The position numbers were made by a program, and so were the translations under genes. Below the pieces are notes generated by a model that saw nothing but the letters and a program-made list of their open reading frames with translations, did not search any database and was not told the DNA's origin. DNA of 62,974 nt, counting the filler, from Stramenopiles sp. TOSAG23-2 (taxonomy: Eukaryota), in NCBI GenBank assembly GCA_900128395.1. It is 21 parts of 21 records of this genome, joined end to end, with 100 filler letters (N's around TTAATTAATTAA, not from the genome) between each part and the next. Parts side by side here need not be neighbours in the genome. Positions count along the whole stretch, not along the records: positions 1 to 3,013 come from LT651407.1; positions 3,114 to 6,126 come from LT651408.1; positions 6,227 to 9,236 come from LT651409.1; positions 9,337 to 12,346 come from LT651410.1; 17 more parts are not named here. One strand, 5' to 3'. Below are positions 1-9,948 of the stretch, one piece after another. Each line of letters opens with the position of its first letter. Position 1 is the stretch's first letter.

Positions 1-316
1 CACCTCAAAGGTCACTCTACAGATTGTCCGGGTCTTAAAATATACAAAGTAATATTAAGAATACGCGTAATTTTTTTATTCGGGGTTAATACACGTTTTT
101 AATACGAAAAAATGAACCAATTCTGTTTTTGTTCGTATATTATATATTGGTTAAAATCTAAGTTATAATAGTTTTATTTCTCATGGTGTAAAATTAATAT
201 GCTCAATACTCAATCTCGAGAATAAATATTCTATATCCCTGTTCCGTATATACTAGTATTTATATAAAAAATACATTGTATCAGATATTAATTTAATATA
301 TTTTTATATACCACCC

Positions 317-461
317 TTGTCTAACTGCTCTCCGTGTCCATCGGGCTTTTCAGCATTACCAGGTAGTAGTGAGTGTGAAATCTGTGTTTCTGGAAAGGTT
401 GCCCCGAATCCTGGCCAAGCCGCATGTTCTTTGTGTGCTCCAGGAAAGTGGTCTCGAATGG
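317..461 (+). CDS. Exon fragment with Cys-rich GCC2/GCC3 (ephrin-receptor-like) repeats, possibly part of a decayed surface receptor
   Basis: CSPCPSG...SECEICVSGK...QAACSLCAPGKWS followed by a GTAAAG donor-like site at 462; no clean upstream start. Confidence 0.5.
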
Positions 462-1160
462 GTAAAGAAGATCATTTGATATGTCCATATTGCATGTTGC
501 TGCATCTGTTATCGTTGTTGTCGTTGTTAATATTATTATTATTAATAATATGAACATGTTGTTTTTGTTGATGGTAATCGTGACCATTGTTATTAATATT
601 AAAAAATATATGTTCTAAAATGTTAATGGTATTATATATAATATGTTTATTATCTTTCTTCTGATCTAAATATGCTTCTCTATTTTTGTACAAAATGATG
701 ATTTATACAGTATTCGATCGTGTATTATCATTTTTATTTGTTATTATTTTTGATTATTATATATTCATTATGTGTGCATGTGATATAATTATTAATATTG
801 GAAAGGTTTTTTACACATACATGCCATACCTAGTAGTATACCAGAATGGTGCTAAAATATGTACTATATGAGGTGGTTTTCAGATGATCTAAATTCGTTT
901 AAAAATAGAACACGGAGAGGAGCACTACATAGCATTGACGAAAATCTGATATGAAACCAAAAAAACAACTCGAATCTCGTTGTACAGGGTACAAACAATC
1001 AACAACAATTTATGACCAATTATAAATGTAATAAGAATTTGATGTGATGTCGAAAAGGTTGTATTTAAAAAAACGTAGAGTGGTAGATAAAGGGAGATAG
1101 TTTATAATTAGGAATAAATACATACATACTTATATATATATAACTTATATATAAGCAATT

Positions 1161-1763
1161 TTGATGTTGCAAGCAGGGATTGCTATTGGCATTTGTTTCA
1201 TTGGTGAATGTATGTTGAATTACTTTCAACCACAGAAAAATCGTAATTTATTCTGGTTAGCACAAATATCATTTTTTTTCACTGGTGTTAAGTTTGGCTT
1301 TTCCTTTCTAATAAATGGAGTTTGGGGTAAACTACGTGCAAAATCATTAGGGACAACTTTAATTTGTTTGGATTGCGTCATCTTAGTAGCAAGCACTGTT
1401 TTGATATTTTACTCATTTAAAAAAATACCAACAAAAGATAAAACAAAAAAAAGTAACATATCAAATTTGCAAATTGTACCCTCATCAGATGGTGATGAAT
1501 TTACCGGAGGTAGAAAAATTGAAGCGAAATTAAAAGTTAAAACTGAAGAAGAGTTAAAAGAAGACATATGTGATTTATTATTATCATATTATGGTGACAA
1601 ATCATTTGAATACAAACAAGGGAAAAGTTTAATGGAGGAATACGATGATTTAGATGAGGATGAATTTAAAGGAGAAATGAAAGCATTTTTAGAAGATATG
1701 GGAGATAAAGATAAAGCGAAAGAGGAATTTACAAATTTATGCCATCAGTTAATGTATCGTTAA
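1161..1763 (+). CDS. C-terminal exon of a multi-pass membrane protein with an acidic cytoplasmic tail
   Basis: Three hydrophobic segments, then a Lys-rich stop-transfer and an acidic helical tail; no ATG start, possible CAG acceptor near 1176. Confidence 0.55.
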   Translation: MMLQAGIAIGICFIGECMLNYFQPQKNRNLFWLAQISFFFTGVKFGFSFLINGVWGKLRAKSLGTTLICLDCVILVASTVLIFYSFKKIPTKDKTKKSNISNLQIVPSSDGDEFTGGRKIEAKLKVKTEEELKEDICDLLLSYYGDKSFEYKQGKSLMEEYDDLDEDEFKGEMKAFLEDMGDKDKAKEEFTNLCHQLMYR

Positions 1764-2079
1764 AAAAATTTACCGAAAGCTTCGATGTTTTGTTGAGAGA
1801 AGAGGAAAAAAACATATCATATCGAATCAAATCTTGGTAAAATATAATAATATTTTATTAATAATACTATCATAAAAAAATACACACAGCAAAAACGTAC
1901 TACGTACTGTATAATATTATTGTTTTATTTTTGTTTAATATATATTTATCATTATAATACGGAACCTTTATATCACATCACACATACGTATGTGACGTAT
2001 ATGTGTTATGTGTTATATTCCTCACATCTCTCTCCTCCTCTCTCTCTCTCTCTGTGTGTATTTTTCTTTTTCCTGTGTT

Positions 2080-2826
2080 TCATCCTCGTTTATGTCGCTT
2101 AATTCTTGGTCTGAATTTAGATTTACTTTTCCTTTTTTTACTGGTCGGTGATCCTTGTGATGATTGAGATGATAAATTATAAGATAATGACTGTGATGAA
2201 TTGCTATTATAACTAACATTTCTAGATATACTACCATTGGTACTATTATGACTGCTTTCTCGAGACACATTGTCATTATTATTATTGTTGTAACCATTAC
2301 TATTACTATTGTGACTTGATGAATGTGATAACTTAGCTGATATTTCTTCAATATCATCTTGATTTTCTTCAGTATTAATAATTTCCATTAATAATTCATA
2401 ATAAGTCTTTTCATCGCCTTTAGGGACAGAGATAGACGCGGATATGCATATGTCGGCAACATAATGTTTCAAAATGATTTTTGCAATGTTATCTGCAGAA
2501 CTATCATTATTATCCGATTCAATTTCAACTTGTGCAGTAGCATTTATTGAATATATTACATGTTTTAGAAATAAATCAACTGTTGTCTTTTTGAATCCAA
2601 AAGCTGATTTTAACGTTTCAATATTTTTTTCATTATAATACACTTCATAAACTGAAGTTGGGTTAACAATTAAAGTGATCTTTAATTGAGTTGATGGTAA
2701 TGTTTGTATGATTAACCCGCAAGTTTGATTATTGTCAAGTCCATTCACTATGTTTATTTTTTTTTTATACACTTTACCAAATGTTTTCAATAATGTTTCA
2801 TACGTAATTTTTTCCTTTTCATCCAT
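2080..2826 (-). CDS. Hypothetical nuclear protein; possible XRCC4/XLF/PAXX-like head domain
   Basis: 248-aa ATG-started ORF with a beta/alpha N-terminal domain, an Asn/Ser linker and a basic KKRK...RPRIKRHKRG tail. Confidence 0.5.
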   Translation of the reverse strand: MDEKEKITYETLLKTFGKVYKKKINIVNGLDNNQTCGLIIQTLPSTQLKITLIVNPTSVYEVYYNEKNIETLKSAFGFKKTTVDLFLKHVIYSINATAQVEIESDNNDSSADNIAKIILKHYVADICISASISVPKGDEKTYYELLMEIINTEENQDDIEEISAKLSHSSSHNSNSNGYNNNNNDNVSRESSHNSTNGSISRNVSYNSNSSQSLSYNLSSQSSQGSPTSKKRKSKSKFRPRIKRHKRG

Positions 2827-3013
2827 TTATTAATAACCGTGAAAATCAAATTATAATTCAAATGTTTTTTGTCAAAATTAAAACACACACACACGATCGT
2901 ATTTTTTTCTCTTTATTTCTTTGGTAAAACTTTCACTAATTTTCTTTTTGTTTTCTAATGCTTATAACAAGTAATAAAACAATTATTTTTTTTGAAACAT
3001 GGAAACAATCATT

Positions 3014-3113
3014 NNNNNNNNNNNNNNNNNNNNNNNNNNNNNNNNNNNNNNNNNNNNTTAATTAATTAANNNNNNNNNNNNNNNNNNNNNNNNNNNNNNN
3101 NNNNNNNNNNNNN
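3014..3113. other. Artificial contig-joining linker (N44-TTAATTAATTAA-N44); first of 20 such linkers, about every 3.1 kb
   Basis: The same 100-nt spacer, with stops in all six frames, recurs 20 times; intervening contigs fall in length from 3013 to 2983 bp. Confidence 0.98.
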
Positions 3114-3604
3114 ATTACCTAAACAAGTATATCACCAGATTAGTAGAATATACAAATATTTGTATAATATCAATATATATTATGCATTAATTTTTAAAAA
3201 TATATATTTCCGCGTGTATATACATCTTTTAATAAATTAAATTATTAATAGTAGTTTTTTGTGCATTGGTTATTAAAAAATGAACACTTTAACTTGTTGT
3301 TATTGTTGCTGGCCGCCCATCCAGCTGGCCAGCCTACGAACGAAGTCGTAGTGTAAAGATCCGAACCGTCGTACTTTGTATGATAATATTTTTATAATTG
3401 ATGTGTTTAAAATTTAAAAGTGTTATAATAATTTTAGTTCCCGTGTTAAATATCGTAAACTAAATTAAATTTTTAATATTATATGAGATGCCATTTTAGA
3501 TACGACTGGTATATATATTGGGGTAAGGAATAAAAAATTAATATACGCGTACATTTACATTTTATATTAATTATTTTTATTTTAAATATATACGACGACA
3601 CTCA

Positions 3605-4858
3605 TCAATTCTTTTCTTCATCATCGCCACCACCACTACTATTATCATTGCTTTCAACAGTAGTATCATTATTTGCTGCAGCTGCATTTGCTTGTTCCTC
3701 TTCAGCTTTTGCTTTTGCTTCTGCTTCTTTTCGAGCAATTTGTCTTAATCTACTACGTTCAATTGCCTTTGCTTTTCTTTCCGCTTTTTCCTTTTGTAAT
3801 CGTGCTTTTAAATCAATTTCTGGTTCCAATGTGGATGCATAAACAATATTTTCCTTTTCACGTTTATCAACAATATAAGATACTAATGAACGCAAACATG
3901 CTTCGAAACTAATTTTTTTTTTACCAGATTTATATTCCTCAAATAAATCATTTCGTTCAAGTACTTTTCGAATTTGATATATATTCAATTTCGGTGCATT
4001 TTTCACAGTAATATCTTCAATATTTGGTATTTCATTTTTACCAAGTTCATTGATATTAACATTCGTATTGCGTTTTAAATTAGCACCTACTGGTTGCCCA
4101 GCAAGTAAATGTTTTTGTGTTTCTTTATCAATCAATTCATCTTTTACTACTTGCTTTTTTTTTTCATCATCCTCATCCCCAACTTTACTTGTATCTTCTT
4201 TAATACGATCAGATATCCACTCATCGCTTAAATTTTTTGGTGACATTTCTTCTTGTTGCTTTTGCTTTTCTTTCTTCTCCTTCTTGTCCTTATTAGTATT
4301 ATTGTCACCATCTCCTTTCAATAATTCACGTATAACTTTTGCAAGCATTTCTTCAAATAATTTATACGCATTTTCCCATTCTTTTTCTTCCAACAATTTT
4401 CTTTGATCCATTTGTTGTCTCAATTCGTACATGGACCATCCCTCAATTTCTTGAAATGTCAATGCAAATGGTTTAGTCAATCTCTTCCCAATTTCAACAG
4501 CTTTTTCTTCTTCTGTGATCATTTTCTTTTCCGTTGTTGGTTTTTCATCTTTTTCGTTGTTATTATTATTACTAGCTTCTTCCTCCTCCTCCTTCTCCTT
4601 TGCAATATCTTCTTTTTCTTTTTGATATCCTTCGACCCACATTTTCGTTTCTAAATCTTTAAATTTTTTCCATATCTTTTCATCCTCTTCATCGTAAACA
4701 CCACGCCTTTCTAACTCTTCCTTTAGCTCTAGCACAGAACATTTCGAAATATTTAATATAGTAATTTGTTTCTTTTCTTTTTTTAAATTAATTCCATATT
4801 TTGAAACAATTTCATCTGCTGATAATAATCTATCCGTCTTTGGTATGATAGATGTCAT
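3605..4858 (-). CDS. Charged coiled-coil protein with three SAP/HeH-like motifs
   Basis: CSVLELKEELERRG, WSMYELRQQMDQRK, LNIYQIRKVLERND; first ATG at 4858. Confidence 0.65.
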   Translation of the reverse strand: MTSIIPKTDRLLSADEIVSKYGINLKKEKKQITILNISKCSVLELKEELERRGVYDEEDEKIWKKFKDLETKMWVEGYQKEKEDIAKEKEEEEEASNNNNNEKDEKPTTEKKMITEEEKAVEIGKRLTKPFALTFQEIEGWSMYELRQQMDQRKLLEEKEWENAYKLFEEMLAKVIRELLKGDGDNNTNKDKKEKKEKQKQQEEMSPKNLSDEWISDRIKEDTSKVGDEDDEKKKQVVKDELIDKETQKHLLAGQPVGANLKRNTNVNINELGKNEIPNIEDITVKNAPKLNIYQIRKVLERNDLFEEYKSGKKKISFEACLRSLVSYIVDKREKENIVYASTLEPEIDLKARLQKEKAERKAKAIERSRLRQIARKEAEAKAKAEEEQANAAAANNDTTVESNDNSSGGGDDEEKN

Positions 4859-5508
4859 GTGTAACAAGAATAACAACAACCGTATACAATAATAAAAAAG
4901 AGAAAAAAAAAGGGAAAATGTAACAATAGCAGTAATAATATATTGATTTCTATTTTCAATTGAGAAGAATCGTATGTAGCTATCTATGTAGGTGTCTATT
5001 ATATATTGTACATGTTGTCTACATCCACTTGTTTAATTGTAGTACATTTATTATTATTATTATTAATAATTTGAAAATAAATATTGATACCGGTACTGGA
5101 CTATTATACTATTATTGAATTAGGCACTGTGTGACATACTGACGCGGTGGTAGTCTAGCGACTAGCTAGCTCGCTATGTAGTACAATATATACACAATGG
5201 TATACACTGCTGTTAGTATACGGTTTTCAAAAAAACTTTCTCCGAAAACCGAAAACCGTATGCTAGTCGTTAGTCGTCTATTCATATACATATACTAATA
5301 AGTATATGTTTTCTATGTTTCTTCTAATTCATTGTGGGTGTTTTTAATTTAAGGGAAATGATAAAAGTTGAAATAGGAAATAGTAGATCATAGGAGCGCC
5401 CGAGCGATCATCGAATCATCATCGAACGAACATCAAAACAATTTAGATAAAATAGAAGATCATATTGCATGCCCGGCATGCAGAAGTGTGTGTAAGTATT
5501 GTGTTCGT

Positions 5509-5744
5509 ATATATATATTTAATACAATACAATTATTAAAACAAACGGATATAGATAAGGTATATTTTTTTAGATATCGTTACATCCATCTATCTATATA
5601 CATATACATATTTAGAAAGTATTCAAATATATATATTTAATACAATACAATTATTAAAACAAACGGATATAGATAAGGTATATTTTTTTAGATATCGTTA
5701 CATCCATCTATCTATATACATATACATATTTAGAAAGTATTCAA
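5509..5744 (+). repeat. Perfect 118-bp tandem duplication upstream of SDHAF3
   Basis: 5509-5626 equals 5627-5744. Confidence 0.9.
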
Positions 5745-5807
5745 TCAGTGTAAACAAAGATAAATATATAAAAATTATCATCATCAAAATATATAGGGGT
5801 GAAAAAC

Positions 5808-6125
5808 ATGGCCTTGAATTTATACAGAAGAATATTAAGGCTTCATAGGCAAAAATTACCATTTCAAATGAAGGAGATGGGAGATAAATATGTAAAAGAA
5901 GAATTTCGACAACATAAAGAAGCTTCACCAGAATTTGTAAAGCAATTTATGGAGCAATGGGAGCAATATGCAGGGACATTGGATACGCAGAAAACGATTG
6001 AAAGTGATGATCAGAGTAAAATTACTTTTGGAAGACATTTAACTAAAGATGAATGGGATGGACTGTCACAAGAACAAAAACAACAATTAGCTCAAGTTCA
6101 AGCTGAGAGTAAGAATTTAAAATAA
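5808..6125 (+). CDS. SDHAF3: Succinate dehydrogenase assembly factor 3 (ACN9/Sdh7, LYR family)
   Basis: LYRRILRLHR...LP...MGDKYVKEEFRQHK...F..QW..Y signature. Confidence 0.9.
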   Translation: MALNLYRRILRLHRQKLPFQMKEMGDKYVKEEFRQHKEASPEFVKQFMEQWEQYAGTLDTQKTIESDDQSKITFGRHLTKDEWDGLSQEQKQQLAQVQAESKNLK

Positions 6126-6240
6126 GNNNNNNNNNNNNNNNNNNNNNNNNNNNNNNNNNNNNNNNNNNNNTTAATTAATTAANNNNNNNNNNNNNNNNNN
6201 NNNNNNNNNNNNNNNNNNNNNNNNNNATAATAATACTTTT

Positions 6241-6379
6241 CAAATAAAATGTACTTTTTTAGTTCGAAATTTTAACATGTTTACTGGTTTTACATCGTCG
6301 GTCGATTTTCGATTTTTAGACGACCTCTTCTTATCCAGTTGTTACATTATACTGTAGTATACTAATATTGTACTTAAAT
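6241..6379. repeat. Composite repeat copy 1 (module A in the opposite orientation to copy 2, plus module B)
   Basis: 6241-6320 is the reverse-complement homologue of 8044-8115; 6322-6379 is a direct homologue of 8127-8179. Confidence 0.75.
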
Positions 6380-6626
6380 CGGGTTTAAAATCGGAGGGGC
6401 GGAGGGGGGTGTGATTGCAGGTTTAGAAGCTACATTACGGAATTACTGTACTATAAAATTGTATCACATCACCAGCTGCACCAGCCCAGCCAGCTGGGCC
6501 AGCCAGCCGTTATTATAAAAATAAAAAAATGTCATGTCGTCATCAAAAATCTAAAAAAACATTACCGATGATCCGATCCTCTCTATATATAATGTTTGTC
6601 CTGTGATTATATCATAGACGACAAAA

Positions 6627-7832
6627 ATGTGTACACAAATAGATGACACCAACACATACATATACACGCCACTTGTTTTAGTTACTGCGACGAGATATAT
6701 GATTCATGTAACAAATAAAAATTTGAATCCATGGCAATACAGAAGGCGCCATTGGAAAGCTATTAAAATCCAGAAAGTGCATCGTGGCTGGCTTGGAAGG
6801 AGAAAAGGTAGACGTAGGAAACTGAACAAAGTAAAATATGCTCGAGCGCGAATACGAAAATCTGTTATTTTAATTCAGAGAGCATCGAAACTTCAAAGTC
6901 TCTGGAGAGGCAAGTTGAGTAGAAGAAAATTACACGATCAACAAAAGTTTGCGCGCTTGAAAAAACGTAGGCAATGGAAAAAAAATTATGATGAACAGCG
7001 TATTATTTTAAAACCATCTTATCGTGTTTTAAATGGTTTAGGGATGGCTCGAATATTACCATCAGATCCAATTGAAATAAAAAAGAAAAAAAATATGCAA
7101 ATATTAGGGCAAAAAAAGAGCCATGATATGCGAACTGCTGCTGTTGCTAAAGCCCGTAGGTTATTAGCAGCTGATACTTTGCTTCCAGGTTCGATTCAAA
7201 TTGCTAATCAATCTAATATTGCATGGACAACAGAAGATCTTACAGAATATATTAAACATGGCGATAGTATTCGTATCGGTACATTTGTTACTTTGGTAGA
7301 TTGCGAGTTACGCCCGTTTAATCACATGAGGTTGCCAATATTTGATTTTTGGGATAGGCAAAATGCTGATGGGTTACCAGTATATAAGATTTTAAGCATC
7401 GATGAGCTAATGGAAAAGGTAAAACCAAAAAAAGAGCCAAAAAGAGAAGAGGTGGTTCAAGTAACTGTAGATAAAAGTGAAAAAGCTAGACAAAAACAAT
7501 TACTGGATGATGCAAAATATTTAGGTGAAACATCGTTATGGGATGTTCTTAAGGATGAAGAAACGGAGGAGACGTATTATTTTAATAAATTGACTCAAAA
7601 AACCCAATGGGAAAAACCAAAATGCTTTATCAAACAAGAGGAAGAAAAAGCTGAAGAATTGCGTAAGATTAAAGCAGAAAATGAAAGGAAACGGCAAAAA
7701 CGGGCTAATGCTCGTGGTGGTTTCAAAGATCGTAAAAAAAGATTGCAAAAAGGTAGAGCAAAGATAAAACAACGAGAGGAAGAGGAAAAACAGGATAGAT
7801 TAGAAGCAAATGCAATGGCAATGGAGAGGTAG
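6627..7832 (+). CDS. IQ-motif and WW-domain protein (probably an internal exon, about 6682-7828)
   Basis: IQKVHRGWLGR and LQSLWRGKLSR IQ motifs; WW domain W...YYFNKLTQKTQWEKP; TTTAG acceptor at 6681 and possible GTAG donor at the end. Confidence 0.75.
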   Translation: MCTQIDDTNTYIYTPLVLVTATRYMIHVTNKNLNPWQYRRRHWKAIKIQKVHRGWLGRRKGRRRKLNKVKYARARIRKSVILIQRASKLQSLWRGKLSRRKLHDQQKFARLKKRRQWKKNYDEQRIILKPSYRVLNGLGMARILPSDPIEIKKKKNMQILGQKKSHDMRTAAVAKARRLLAADTLLPGSIQIANQSNIAWTTEDLTEYIKHGDSIRIGTFVTLVDCELRPFNHMRLPIFDFWDRQNADGLPVYKILSIDELMEKVKPKKEPKREEVVQVTVDKSEKARQKQLLDDAKYLGETSLWDVLKDEETEETYYFNKLTQKTQWEKPKCFIKQEEEKAEELRKIKAENERKRQKRANARGGFKDRKKRLQKGRAKIKQREEEEKQDRLEANAMAMER

Positions 7833-7962
7833 ACATTTTGTTGCCATTTTGAGTGGTGTGTGTATTTTCTAAAAAAGTTTATTTTCGAGAGGGCAAATAT
7901 CATACGCGTATTTATATTATAGGATAAGTGCATACCTGGCATACCACTGTGATGGTAGTCTA

Positions 7963-8179
7963 ACGATCCAATTTTTTGGGTGAGGAAACGTGATTAATGA
8001 CCAATAACGAGAGGATTATTAGACTATGTGTTTTTTGTTGAGGCTAAAAATCGACAAAAAAATGTAAAAATTATTGATAGTTTTAAAATTTCGAACCAAA
8101 AAAGTACAAAATTTGTTATATTTTTTGACCGTTTCCTATCAAGTTGTTACATTATAGTATACTAACATTGTACTTAAAT
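7963..8179 (+). repeat. Dispersed repeat family 1 core (7963-8014) followed by composite modules A and B
   Basis: ACGATCCAATTT..GGGTGAG.A..CGTGATTAATGACCAA is shared with 34015-34069 (-) and 55094-55141 (+). Confidence 0.85.
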
Positions 8180-8572
8180 TAAAAAATTTATAGATCTGAT
8201 CGGACTGATCGCACGTCCGGCTGCGTCAATTATATTATACTACACAAAACCATAAAACCATTTACATTACAAAAATAATAATAATAAGAAACAATAATCA
8301 AAATAATAACTTTAACATTTCAAACAACATCTTCTGCTTCTTCTTTTAATTTAAATATATTATGTTTTCAATCCTCCCCCTTCCCCCTATTCTTTTGGCA
8401 CAGGTATATCTTTATTATTATAAACTCTTGTATATTTTTTTGTATTATCCCATTAGAATAACAATTATATTTATAGAATACTAAACGCGTCCGTAGCAGT
8501 AATATTTATCATATAACTATTCATTTTAATTTATTATTCAAACTGAGAATAATATATATATATTATATATAT

Positions 8573-9236
8573 ATGTCGAGACAATATCAAATATTTCCAA
8601 ATCGTAACTATCCAATTGTCCTGCCATTAAATCGTAACCGGCAGCCACTTCCAGGGAAACGTGCAGGTGCTAATGCAATAGATTGGTTGAAGTCGAAAAA
8701 ATCAGCTGATACTAAACCTAAATACCAACATTTATGGAGAATAAAGAATAAATTATATGATTTAAAAGAGTTTGCAAAGTTTCATCCGGGAGGAAAACAA
8801 TTTATAGAATTTACACAAGGTCATGATTGTACAGAAGCTTATGAATCGCACCATTTGGACATGAAACGCGTAGATAACGTTCTATCAAATTTTTACGTAC
8901 AAGATTGTACAGATGATGATTTAATGGTTTTTGAGACAAACAATAACTATAATAATAATAATAATAATAACAAGAATATAAATAACCAAACACCAACAGC
9001 AGAGGAGACACTCAATGGTAAATTAGTTGTAGATAATGATACTGCATTAAAAAAAGAAAATGTTTTTGCGCGTAAAAAAGCGTTACAAATTCCAAAACAT
9101 CTTGAAGAGAAAATGAAGGAGAAAAAAATAGGACATCTTGAAGAGAAAATGAAGGAGAAAAAAATAGGACAGCAATCTCGTACATTTATATACGATCCAT
9201 ATGAATTTTACAACATGTTAAAGAAAAGAGTATTAT
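8573..9236 (+). CDS. Cytochrome b5-related protein, N-terminal heme domain; 3' truncated
   Basis: LWRIKNKLYDL..F...HPGG...G.DCTEAYESHH and FYNMLKKRV; 36-bp in-frame tandem duplication at 9098-9169. Confidence 0.85.
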
Positions 9237-9336
9237 NNNNNNNNNNNNNNNNNNNNNNNNNNNNNNNNNNNNNNNNNNNNTTAATTAATTAANNNNNNNN
9301 NNNNNNNNNNNNNNNNNNNNNNNNNNNNNNNNNNNN

Positions 9337-9779
9337 TGTTACCGAGTATTTTGGGGAAAGATCAGTTACCAAGTATACTATATTTATTGCTAGACGGTAA
9401 TAAAATCCCACAAAATGGTGGGACAAACATTGAGACTTTATCTTCAAATCTTGCTTCTCTTGGTTTAGCAAGATGTGGATTGAAAATATTACCATCATAT
9501 TTAACAGACTTTAAATATTTGAAAAATTTAGATGCTCGAGATAACAATATAACCGAGGTTCCAAAAGAAGTTACAAATTGGATCAAAGATAGAGGGATTG
9601 AGGCATATTTTTCAGGGAACAAATTGCTGTGTGAAAATGATGCAGAAAATTATGGTAAATATTGTGAAGAAATATGTAGTAAATATTGTTGGTCGAAGGA
9701 TGGTAATAAGGATAATTCTTGTAATCCAGATTGTAATTCTAAAGAGTGTGATTATGATGGGGGGGAATGTGAGTTTTAA
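9337..9779 (+). CDS. C-terminus of an LRR protein ending in an LNR/Notch-like Cys module (copy 1)
   Basis: LxxLxLxxN-type repeats, GNKLLC cap, C...DNSCNPDCNSKECDYDGGEC. Confidence 0.8.
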
Positions 9780-9948
9780 AAAAAAACGAAAGTAACTCTA
9801 GAAACGGGAAGTATTTTTTATTATTATTTTTACGAAGAAGTACATATGTCATATATAATATATATGTATCATACGAGTAGTATGCATAATTATTGTTTTA
9901 TGATAGAGTATAATGTTTCCCCCTATCGTATTCATAAGCAGATTACTA

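Noticed and set aside
9098..9169. 36-bp in-frame duplication in the cytochrome b5-related gene
   Set aside because: Lies in a low-complexity linker; ordinary slippage or an assembly artefact
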